Below are positions 54,001-64,000 of a stretch of 64,000 bases of DNA, in pieces; positions within the stretch are counted from its first letter, which is position 1; the number at the start of each line of letters is the position of its first letter. The position numbers and the translations under genes are program-made. The DNA lies in NCBI RefSeq assembly GCF_964355755.1, contig NC_092676.1, forward strand, positions 22,400,871-22,464,870, read 5' to 3'. The notes beneath the pieces are model-generated. The model saw nothing but the letters and a program-made list of their open reading frames with translations, made no database searches and was not told the origin of the DNA. This DNA is from Antedon mediterranea. Taxonomy: Eukaryota; Animalia; Echinodermata.

Positions 54001-57000
54001 TTATAGTTACACTGCATAGTATAGTGTCAACTCTTATACTTGAATGATGTCAAATATACTATGTTAAAATAGAATATAGTTTTTAATTTGCAACTCAGAC
54101 AAAATCACTACAAGAAATGATATTTCTAGACAAACTCAGTCCAACAAATTTTAATTAATTGATTACAATTATGAAAGAGAAAATAGTTTTAAATACTATT
54201 ATTAAAAAATTATTATAATCAAACAATTACAGATTAAGATTCTTAATAAATTTGTAATATCTGACAAAAAGGATCTATGATAGTTATAGCATTGTTCTCT
54301 AAATTCCTGTTGAAAGATAAATATTTATTACATTTTATTTGTAAAAAAAACTATTTTATTTGTATAGTTAAATAAAAATTAAATTTCATGACTTCGTTAT
54401 TATTTTATTATTTCACTCTGTTGCCTAAAATGTTTACATTATTATACTACATGATTATAAGTTTCAACTCTTATACTTGAATCATGTCAAAATAATATAC
54501 TACAGTATATTATGAAAACCTTTTTTTTTCTCAGACAAATTACTGCAAACAATTTAAATTAATTGATTGAGAGAGATTAAAATTTGCAACATTATTGTTA
54601 ATAAAATATTATTTCAAAAAGTTATATCTGAGAAAAAATAAATAACTCATTCATTTAAAGTAAGATAAAATTATATGTTATGTTACATATAATATAGATA
54701 TTAATATTAATACAGCTGTAATTTAATTAAGAAATTAAGACAAATTTGTAATAAACAAAGCAATACACTTACAGGGTTTCCAATGCTGTCAAACCAGCAA
54801 ATGCATTGGCTGACAATGTACTTATTTGATTATCATACAAGTACCTCAAATAGAAAAAGAATGTACAGAATAAGCACATGTAGTAAATACAATAAAAATT
54901 ATTTTTGTCTTTATGTTTCTTCAACTGTTTAAATTATCTACATCAGTAATACTACATCATAGTTATACTGCATGAATATATTGTCAAGTTTTAAATATTA
55001 TTATTGTTAATAAAATATTCTTCAAACAATTTAGATTAAGAATTCTTATTAATTTTTAATATCTGACAAAAAGGATCTATGGTAGTTATAGCATTCTTCT
55101 CTAAATTCCTGTTGAAAAATAATAATAGGTAACATTTTATTGAGTAATGCATCACATTATCTAAAAAAATACGTAATTTTCATTATCATAAGTAGAAAAA
55201 CAGCAAAAATTAAATTTTATTTGCATAGTTCAATTAAATAAAAATTAAATGTCATGACTTCATTATTTTATTATTTCACTCTGTTGCCTAAAATGTTTAC
55301 ATTATTAGACTGCATGAGTATAGTTTCAACTCTTATACTTGAATCATGTCAAACTAATATACCACAGTATGTTATGAAAGGATTGTTTTCTCAGACAAAT
55401 TACTGCAAACAATTTAAATTAATTGATTGAGAAAGATTATAATTTGCAACATTGTTAATAAAATATTATTTCAAACAATTGCTGAAATTTGACAACAAAT
55501 AAATAACTCATTTAAAGTGAGATAAAATTATGTTATGTTACTATGTTAAACAAACAATATAGATATTGACCGTCTGAGAAAAGAACATCGCGGTATGGTG
55601 GACAAGATCGATGACCTCGAACAGTACAGTAGGCGCAACTGCCTACTAATTCACGGATAGTCTGGGTTCCAGACGGAGTTTTGTCTTAATATTAGTAAAA
55701 AGATAAATATTTTGGCACATATGGCGTTTCATACGTTTACTACTTGATTTTGGATACTCCGTCTGGGGAAACACGCACAAGTCACGTGGTTTGACACCAA
55801 GAATTCTTGGTGCATACGATTATCCGGTTGACTAGTTTCAGCTGCATGCGATTGGCTACTCACTCGTACACTATTTTAATATTCATATTTCAAAGACTCA
55901 ACATCTAAGATGATGCGCATGCGCTATTTTACGTTTAGACAATGTGTACTTGGGTACATCATGGAGATACCTCCATGGGTACATTGATGAAAGTTTCTGA
56001 AGGCTAGAAATGATTTTATCCCTGTCTGGTAATTATTTGATGGGATTTTTCCCAAGAACATGAAAACTCGTCTTGATATGATAGGCTACCTTCTCCGCAA
56101 ATCAAACATTGGTTGAATGGATCATTTATTACGCGGAGATATTTTAATTTAATTCCCACCCAGACCCTGTCCTGTTCTGTATGGTGGTGTAGCCCTGTTG
56201 TGTGCCGGTGATGGTATGTAGGCCTACCTTATTGGCGTTTTATTCGGCAGGTCATACGTGCGAGTTGAGTAGGACCTACGAAGGAGGCCTAGGCCAAGGA
56301 CTAAACAATTAATAAACAAAACAACTTGGCAACACGATTTTATATTTCAACAGCCTCGATCGTACATTCAGCACTGTTCGTATAGTACTCGATCTTTTTT
56401 ATTTTGAAACAAAATGATCATTGGTTGATTCGAAATCCATATTTACATACCGCCCGCCCCATATAGCCAAATACGGTATCGTAACCTACTTCATTCTTAT
56501 CGGATGCTTGCGGTCTGCAAATCGATTTCTATACGTGTTTCACAAGTCTGTATTTTCAGACAAAAATCGCGGTCGAAATAAAAACAAATAAATAAAAAAA
56601 AAGACAATACAGACTTGGAGTGTATTTTCAGACAAAAATCGCGGTCGAAATAAAAACAAATAAATAAAAAAAAAGACAATACAGACTTGGAGCAAGTCTA
56701 ATTCACGGAGTACCCGAAACGGCAAATGAAAACACAGATACCTTAACTCTAGATATTATAACATCACGCATCTGCGAAGATATGGAACTAATCGAGATTG
56801 ACCAAACTCACCGACTTGGACGGAAGAGAGTACTCCATAACAACAAAACATGCAGCAGTTCTAAACCGAGGCCTCCGATTATCGTAAAATTTTCCACATA
56901 CCGCGCACGAGCAGAAGTATTTCGCAACAAGAAATTGCTTAAAAATTCTTCTTACTCTATAACCGAGAACTTAACACCTTCTCGCATGACCCTCCTGCGC

Positions 57001-57289
57001 GAAGCGGGCGCACATGCCGCTGTGGAAGCCGCGTGGTCGCTCGATGGACGGATCAACTGCCTTCCGACCTCCGTAATTTCTAGATGTAATTAAAACATCA
57101 ACTATCAATTAATATTGCTTGTATGTTCCGCTTTGCGGATTCAGCTACAGTAAACCTTGATTGTTCCTGTCTGATCCCAAAATTATTTATATTACATTAC
57201 TCCTGCTGTTGTCGTTTATCGTCATCATCATCTTTTATTATTATTATTATTAATGTTATTATTATTATTATTATTAGTAGGCTATTATA

Positions 57290-57327
<38 letters not shown>

Positions 57328-60300
57328 TAGATGGTACGCTCGCTTCGCTCGCGTACCATCTAGGTCGTGCCCACAGATGGTTCTCGAATACACAGTAATT
57401 TCAGGGTAAAAAATCTGGCGATTTCAAATGCACGTACCGCAGGACTTAACTATAATACATTGTCGTTTACAGAAACGAATAAGTAGACACAATGATTTAT
57501 GTAGTCAACCAAAATTAGCACCCTGAGAATTAGGCTTCCGAAAGAGAAATTTACCACAAAATGAGTCCAAATTGTTTATTCATTTAAAGAAACCCAATTA
57601 GGGTTGAGGGATGGGAAAGAGGATAGGTACAAAGAGGAACAATTTTTAAATATATTCTTTATCCACGTCAGTAACGAAATATTGTTTTCATTTTTTATAG
57701 GCCTATAAATAATATACCACTAACGGTGACTAAATATAGTAAAACATTTGCGATTTAATACTTTGTTAAAACTGTCACTGTCATAGTCGATTGAAATAGT
57801 AAAGTACATGTAACGATACACCACTACGACGTTTATATTTTTATGTAATTATTAATTAATGCAAACATTGAGAAGCAACTGTCAGTAATAAAGTTTATTT
57901 GTATATTACGTGTTTATATATCTAACAGTAGAGCCTACCCATAATCACAGTAATAAAGTTTATTTGTATATATTTTTTTACATCTAACAGTATTCACAGT
58001 AAGAAATGTTTGTATATATTTTTTAAAATCTATTCACAGTAAGAAATGTTCGATTCAAATGACGACCAAAAATGGTTAATAGGACGTATTTGCAGTACTG
58101 TATTGTCAAATTTATTCTCCAAGGGCTCATAAATTTACCTACTTGTGTTAAACCAAACTGGCAGACTGAGAGATTGGAATGTTCCATTCATCGCAAATCA
58201 ATACATTTGTAATTAAACGTAAATTAAATCTATCAAAATAGTATTTTTTAAAGAAAATCGGCCTGTCTTCAACATTATGATGCTGTACTCGAGCAGTTCA
58301 ACCGGTTTTCAGCTATTAAAAACAATTATCGTAGGAGGAGATAGGAAAATGCGAAGCGTCCTCGTATTATTGTGTGCGGGTATTTTTCAAGTTGGACATC
58401 CATTAGACAGTGTATACCACGATCGGAAAACACCCCTATTTGGGGCAAATCGTTGAACCTAAATTCGTTTTAATCGTCAATAACTAATTATCTAACTCAA
58501 TTTAATTAGTAAACAGGGTTACATCAGGTGGTTAAAATCAGTACCGAAAGTACGAACCAACTTTATATACCATCGAGTAAAAATTCTAGAAGTAAGGCGC
58601 GATTTACCGAATTTTGCCCTTACGTAAATTTATATATAGATTATTATTATTACTAGTATTATTATCATCTCATTTGTATTGCTATACCATTCACTTGATC
58701 GTAATAGTTAATTGATAATTGGTACGGTACGGTATTAATAATTATTATTAATTTCTTTATTATAATACCATTATTATATTATTACGACTACTATTCAATA
58801 ATTGTAACAACTGATATCCCTAAAATCACTATTATGAAGTGTATTGATTACCTATCATTATTATTCCCTTTGTTTTCATACTATTAGCAATACTTTTAAT
58901 CAATAACTTTGAGAATAAACATTGTATAACTAATATTACTTTAATTACCAATAACTCTATTATCAAACATATATATTGGTATAAAAATAAGTAAACAACC
59001 AACCTCAATGCCTTAATTTAATTTAAAACTTCCATATTACGCAATTTTGTAGTGCTCTGTGCGATTATGCAATATTATTCCTACTTATAATTCATCTGAT
59101 AAATCGAATATTTATAAACCTCATTATTATTATTATTATTGTTATTATTAATTGTTTAAATGTATACTCGTTCTATGTCTTGTGTGTCTTGTGATAAATG
59201 TATAAGGGTAGCCACATATGTTAACTGTGATATTTGCAATAAGCCTTCTCATGCAACCTGCGCAAGTTTTCCCTACTCAAATTCGCTCAAATTTTACTGC
59301 TGCAAATGTCTTGAAGAAACCCTTCCTTTCAACCACATAATTGATGATGATGAATTCAAACATGAAATAAAACAGTTAAACAATGATCATACCATAAATT
59401 ATTCCAATCTGCAATCATTACTATTTAATCCTTTTGATCTAAACGACGATAATGATTACGACTATATTAATGAAATAACTAATCATAATGATAAATGTGA
59501 ATATTATTTGAGTGATTCATTTAACAACAAAATAATCAATACAAATTCCAATCTCAGTATACTTCATATGAACTCCCGAAGCCTCATAAAAAACTTTAAG
59601 TCCATCACAAACTATCTTCTTACTCTAAATCATAAATTCCAAATTATTGGTTTTAGTGAAACCTGGTTGGATAACACCAACAATGTACCGTCTCCACTCA
59701 CTCATATCGAAGGATACACAATGATAAAATCTAACCGTGCAGGTAAAAGAGGCGGGGGAGTTGCCCTTTACATTTCAGATGAACTAAATTTCAAAATCAG
59801 AAGTGACATAAATTTACCAACAAACCAAAATTATGATTCGTTATTTATTGAAATAGAATCTATTACCAAAAATAGCATTGTTGGTATTATCTATAGGCCT
59901 CCCAATAGCTCTTTTCAACCATTCATAAACAACATTTCTAACTGCATTGATTCAATAACAAAGGAAAAAAAACAATTATTTGTCTGTGGTGACTTTAACC
60001 TAGACCTTATAAAACACTCAACCCATAACTACACGAATGAATTCTTAAACACCATGTACTCGGCATCTTTATATCCTCTAATTGACAAACCAACTAGAAT
60101 AACCACTAAAACATCTACACTTATTGATAATATTTTTACAAATGTACTTGACCAAAAAATAACTCCTGGTATTCTTTTTAACGACATTACTGATCACTTT
60201 CCAGTATTCCAAATCCTAAACAATTCCCATTCAAATCAAATAAAAAATTTAAAATGTAACAAAAAACATTACTCAAGAAAGATAAACCAAGAAAATATAG

Positions 60301-62596
60301 CATCTCTAGGGATTAACTTAATGAACACGAACTGGGACGATGTCTACCAAAATAACTCTGCAAATGAATCCTATAATATTTTTCTCGACAGATTTTCTTC
60401 ACTATACGATACTCACCTCCCAAAGACAAGAACTAAAATTAACAAACGTAAACTTTGTAAACCATGGATAACAAAAGGTATAATCAAATCTATAAACACT
60501 AGAAATAAATTATATAAAAAATATATAAAAACACCAAATATGATTAATAAAACCAATTATATTACTTACAGAAATAAACTCACACGACTAATAAGAACAT
60601 CATGTAAGCAACACTATACAAATAAGTTTAACGACTATAAAAATAACATTAAAAAAACCTGGAATATAATTAATAACATTCTCTGTAAAAACACCACAAA
60701 GACGCTACCTAGTTATTTTACAGATAATGGTACAAAAATTACTGACCCATCTCAAATTTCCAATAAATTCAATCGCTATTTTACTGATATTGGACCTAAA
60801 CTTTCTTCTAAAATTTCGGCTACTCATGGCAACTTTACTGATTATCTAAGGAATCCCACTCAAAATTCAATTTTCTTCCAACCTACATCTGGTAAAGAGA
60901 TTCTTGAAATAATTTCTAATCTAAAAAACAGTAAAAGTGCTGGCCTTAATGATATTGAACCTACGATTATTAAAGAAATTGGACCTTTTATTACCAGACC
61001 CCTTACCCACATTTTTAATCTATCACTAACTAATGGTGTATTTCCATCATCCTTAAAAATCGCCAAAGTAATTCCTATTCATAAAAAAAATGATTCCCAT
61101 TCCTTTGAAAACTACCGTCCAATCTCAATCTTGCCTTGCTTTTCTAAAATACTCGAACGCCTTATATACAATAGACTTTACAACTTTCTTTCTTCACATA
61201 AATCTTTTCATGATAACCAATATGGCTTCAGACCAAAACATTCTACCGATCTTGCAATCCTTGACATTCAAAGTAAAATCTCTAACGCCTTATCTAAAAA
61301 CCACCATACTATTGGCTTATTTTTGGACTTGTCTAAAGCATTTGACACTATTAACCACACAATTCTTTTAACTAAACTTAGTCACTATGGTATCCGCGGA
61401 ACTCCTCTATCTCTACTCTCTAACTATCTACAAAACAGACAACAAATCACCTCTTTCGGCTCCTACTCCTCAGAAGTTCTTCCCATAACATGCGGTGTGC
61501 CCCAAGGATCAATTCTTGGTCCTCTACTTTTTCTCATCTATGTCAACGACATCATCAACGCTACCAAATCTTTTGAATACGTCCTGTTTGCCGACGACAC
61601 GAACATTTTTTCCTCCCATCCTGACTACAACACCTTAACTAGAATTTTTAATAAGGAAATAAAACATATATCTCACTGGCTTAAACTTAATAGACTCTCA
61701 CTAAATATAAACAAAACTGAATATATACACTTTTCTCCAAATAGAACATGCAATGACAATCAAAACACAATCCATATAGAAAACACTCCTATCAAAAGGG
61801 TTACTTATTCTCAGTTCCTTGGTGTAACTATAGATAATAACTTAAACTGGAAAACCCATATAACAAATATAGCTAATAAAATTTCAAAAAACATCGGTGT
61901 CTTAAAAAAACTTAAATATATTCTACCCTCTAATATCCTTTTTTCTTTATATAACACATTAATTTTACCTTATCTATCCTATTGTAACATTGCTTGGGGA
62001 ATTACAGATACTAAAAATAAAACTCTCTGTCCATGGGCTTCCACACATATTTCTAAATTAGACAAACTCTTTAAACTCCAAAAACGGGCTATTCGCATTT
62101 GTACCAATTCTCACTATATAGCCCACACAAAGTCCCTTTTCTTTAAACTTAATACCCTAAACATCTTCGATATTAACAAATTACAAATCGCCACATTCAT
62201 GCACAGATATTCAAACAATCAACTTCCAAATATTTTCAAACATTTCTTCATCAAAAATAATGAATTTCACAACTACAATACAAGAAACACCAACAATTAC
62301 GCCACAATAAATTTAACCCATAACACAATCCGGAATTCTATCAAATACCATGGTCCTCTAGTATGGAATAATTTAAGTCAATCCTTACTAAATACTAATA
62401 ACTTAAATACATTCAAATCCAAATATAAACAATTCCTTTTATCACAATACAGATCGTATTAATAAAACTTTTTCATCAAACTTTTTTTTTTTATTTGTCT
62501 CACCTCCTGCAAGTATATATGATAGTACATATACTATACCCTTTACGTTTGTCCTTTTGTTGTGTTTGTATTGTCCTGTAGCGTAATTGTGTATAA

Positions 62597-62649
<53 letters not shown>

Positions 62650-63000
62650 TTTCTACTACTTTAATTAATATTTAATTATTGTCTATTGTAATTGATACAA
62701 TAATTAGTGTATTTTGTACTGGTGAAACCAGGCTTAAAGCTCTATATTGAGCTTATTTGGTCTTTTCCAGGCTTTGCATTTTTTTATTTAATACTTATTA
62801 TGTAAAAATATTAAGTTTGATGCATTGTGAAATAAAAACGAACGAACGAACGAATATTAATATTAATACAGCTGTAATTTAATTAAGAAATTAAGACAAG
62901 TTTGTAATAAACAAAGTAATACACTTACAGTCCTTTCAATGCTGTCAAACCAGCAAATGCATTGGCTGGCAATGTACTTATTTGATTACCATCCAAGTAC
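45074..63000 (-). CDS. LRR-containing GPCR, copy B; 5' exons lie beyond the window
   Basis: 72-nt cassettes at 63000-62929, 54844-54773, 53899-53828, 52974-52903, 51941-51870, 49642-49571 and 48770-48699; LRR exons 48176-48102 and 47023-46952; hinge plus 7TM exon 46109-45074, open and nearly identical to copy A. Confidence 0.88.
49686..51132 (+). mobile_element. Non-autonomous Helitron in an LRR-unit intron
   Basis: 5' TCTATATTATAAG, 3' hairpin ACCCGCCCTGGGGCGGGT followed by CTAG. Inserted between A and T of GAGTAAA^TA with no TSD. Confidence 0.85.
55658..56700. mobile_element. Non-autonomous AcademH-like DNA transposon inserted in LINE ORF1
   Basis: TAG..CTA termini (TAGTCTGGGTTCCAGAC / AGACTTGGAGCAAGTCTA) and a 9-bp TSD ATTCACGGA (55649-55657, 56701-56709). 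Confidence 0.7.
57327..58640 (-). mobile_element. Non-autonomous Helitron inserted in the (TTA)n tract between LINE ORF1 and ORF2
   Basis: Minus strand 5' TCTATATATAAA; 3' hairpin GATGGTACGCGAGCGAAGCGAGCGTACCATC followed by CTAG^T. Confidence 0.88.
59160..62462 (+). CDS. LINE ORF2: PHD-like zinc finger, APE endonuclease and reverse transcriptase (1100 aa)
   Basis: N-terminal CxxC..CxxC..H..C..CxxC; endonuclease motifs SETWL, GGGVALY, YRPP, GDFN, IDNIF and TDHFP; RT motifs YRPISILP, QYGFR, FLDLSKAFD, GVPQGSILGP, FADD and FLGV. Confidence 0.97.
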   Translation: MYTRSMSCVSCDKCIRVATYVNCDICNKPSHATCASFPYSNSLKFYCCKCLEETLPFNHIIDDDEFKHEIKQLNNDHTINYSNLQSLLFNPFDLNDDNDYDYINEITNHNDKCEYYLSDSFNNKIINTNSNLSILHMNSRSLIKNFKSITNYLLTLNHKFQIIGFSETWLDNTNNVPSPLTHIEGYTMIKSNRAGKRGGGVALYISDELNFKIRSDINLPTNQNYDSLFIEIESITKNSIVGIIYRPPNSSFQPFINNISNCIDSITKEKKQLFVCGDFNLDLIKHSTHNYTNEFLNTMYSASLYPLIDKPTRITTKTSTLIDNIFTNVLDQKITPGILFNDITDHFPVFQILNNSHSNQIKNLKCNKKHYSRKINQENIASLGINLMNTNWDDVYQNNSANESYNIFLDRFSSLYDTHLPKTRTKINKRKLCKPWITKGIIKSINTRNKLYKKYIKTPNMINKTNYITYRNKLTRLIRTSCKQHYTNKFNDYKNNIKKTWNIINNILCKNTTKTLPSYFTDNGTKITDPSQISNKFNRYFTDIGPKLSSKISATHGNFTDYLRNPTQNSIFFQPTSGKEILEIISNLKNSKSAGLNDIEPTIIKEIGPFITRPLTHIFNLSLTNGVFPSSLKIAKVIPIHKKNDSHSFENYRPISILPCFSKILERLIYNRLYNFLSSHKSFHDNQYGFRPKHSTDLAILDIQSKISNALSKNHHTIGLFLDLSKAFDTINHTILLTKLSHYGIRGTPLSLLSNYLQNRQQITSFGSYSSEVLPITCGVPQGSILGPLLFLIYVNDIINATKSFEYVLFADDTNIFSSHPDYNTLTRIFNKEIKHISHWLKLNRLSLNINKTEYIHFSPNRTCNDNQNTIHIENTPIKRVTYSQFLGVTIDNNLNWKTHITNIANKISKNIGVLKKLKYILPSNILFSLYNTLILPYLSYCNIAWGITDTKNKTLCPWASTHISKLDKLFKLQKRAIRICTNSHYIAHTKSLFFKLNTLNIFDINKLQIATFMHRYSNNQLPNIFKHFFIKNNEFHNYNTRNTNNYATINLTHNTIRNSIKYHGPLVWNNLSQSLLNTNNLNTFKSKYKQFLLSQYRSY

Positions 63001-63163
63001 CTCAAATAGAAAAAGAATGCACAGAATAAGCACATGGAGTAATCACAATATAAATTATGTTTGTCTTTATGTTTCCTAATGTTTAAATTAGTAATACTAC
63101 ATTATAGTTACACTGCATAGTATAGTGTCAACTCTTATACTTGAATGATGTCAAATATACTAT

Positions 63164-64000
63164 TAGTACAGGCTATATATGGTTTGACCTTGAAAAAATT
63201 CTAATAAAAGGTCTTTTGGTATTTTATTGTAGCTTTAGGTGTGAATAATTACCAAAAAATTTTTGCAGCCTTCTACTCTAGTTGCTGCGTTAGTGAGATA
63301 TTGAGGGTCAAAGGTCAGTGACCTTTTTGTGGCATTTGATGGCTCATAACTCCTCAACTCCTGGGTTTAAAAAGACAAATGTGGTGTCTACATCTATGGT
63401 TTAGTGGTCAAACAACAAAATAAAGTTTTTTCAAATTTTTGGTCACTTGTGCCATTGGTCAGATAGTCGGGGTCAAAGGTCATTGACCTTTATTCATTAA
63501 TTGTTCATAACTCTTCAACTACTGCACCAAACAGGACAAAAGTAGTGTCTAAACCTAGGTTTCTGGGGTCAATAAATACAATTAACATATTATCAAAGCA
63601 GTCAGATGGCATCATTAATACTTTTTATACAGTACTCACAATACATTAAATATCAAATACGTCATTTAAATGATACGCGCAGAAGATTATCGTCATAAAC
63701 AATTTAACTTTCATTTGTACACATTGATGGACTACACGTAGCTACCGTCATCATCAACATCAAAAGAAGTATAGTCCACTGCTTTAATAACATTCTCGCA
63801 GCCATCAACCTGACAAGGGCCACAAGCATTTGTGCATGGCATATTGGCTTTTTTGCAAGAACATCTTAAGTTGCTGCATTCGGTTTTGCAATTGCACCTA
63901 AGGACCTTCAAAAGTTCGTCTGGTGCATGTTTGTCATTTGTCATAATAGGAAGAATGCAGTTTTCATCCTTTTGCCATCCCCATTTGCATGGGTTAAGGT
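63164..64000 (-). mobile_element. End of an Academ-like DNA transposon with the transposase C-terminus (63732->64000)
   Basis: The terminus TAGTACAGGC interrupts the LRR-unit intron, with subterminal GGTCAAAGGTCA repeats. The minus frame reads LNPCKWGW..APDELLKVLRCNCKTECSNLRCSCKKANMPCTNACGPC (WGW plus a CXC Cys cluster). Confidence 0.75.

Larger units (their letters stand above)
55568..62853 (+). mobile_element. 5'-truncated LINE (CR1/L2 group) with interrupted ORF1 and intact ORF2
   Basis: The ORF1 remnant DDLEQYSRRNCLLIHG (55568-55657) continues as VPET..HRLGRK..PRPPIIVKF..ITENLT..WSLDGRI (56710-57093). The 3' end has AATAAA and a (GAAC)n tail. Both flanks rejoin the unit motif AGATATTAATATTAATACAGCTG. 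Confidence 0.92.
48180..63163 (-). repeat. Tandem LRR exon-cassette array of copy B (at least 7 units of ~0.85-1.05 kb, interrupted by TEs)
   Basis: Same unit structure as 27640-35620. Confidence 0.92.

Noticed and set aside
27859-63000. DGR-like adenine mutagenesis of cassettes (AAT to NNT pattern, with an RT gene inside the array)
   Set aside because: Adjacent adenine-rich codons (AAT CAA ATA AGT ACA) are invariant, no template repeat is evident, and the RT is an ordinary LINE ORF2. Selection plus recombination is simpler.
41085-64000. Copy B as a pure assembly artefact (allelic haplotig)
   Set aside because: The V-ATPase part is truncated with a frameshift and stop, the TE content differs and the cassettes are all different. 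An artefact is unlikely, though read depth should confirm this.

Overview
AT-rich, intron-rich animal genomic DNA. It is probably a marine invertebrate deuterostome such as an echinoderm; this is inferred from gene structures and a Deu/Nin-type SINE. The window holds: (1) most of SF3A1 on the minus strand, whose first coding intron is U12-type; (2) a complete 11-exon V-ATPase subunit C gene, head-to-head with SF3A1; (3) a tandem segmental duplication (offset about 20.7 kb at the 7TM exon) giving two LRR-containing rhodopsin GPCR genes (LGR/GRL101-like, no LDLa) and a 3' pseudogene fragment of the V-ATPase gene; (4) many nested transposons: an intact LINE ORF2, Helitrons, IS3EU-, P-, Kolobok-, Harbinger-, Ginger- and Academ-like elements, and a DIRS RT relic. 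The main discovery is invisible in the ORF track. Each GPCR ectodomain is encoded by a tandem array of 72-nt, phase 2-2, one-LRR exon cassettes (5 in copy A plus 1 broken; at least 7 in copy B). Their framework is almost invariant at the nucleotide level, while the five ligand-facing x positions of LxxLxLxxN are hypervariable and appear shuffled. Eleven of 12 cassettes use a rare GAG splice acceptor, and the 7TM exons are nearly identical. This looks like a variable-ectodomain, constant-signalling-domain receptor system. All coordinates and translations were read by eye, and no expression data were available.
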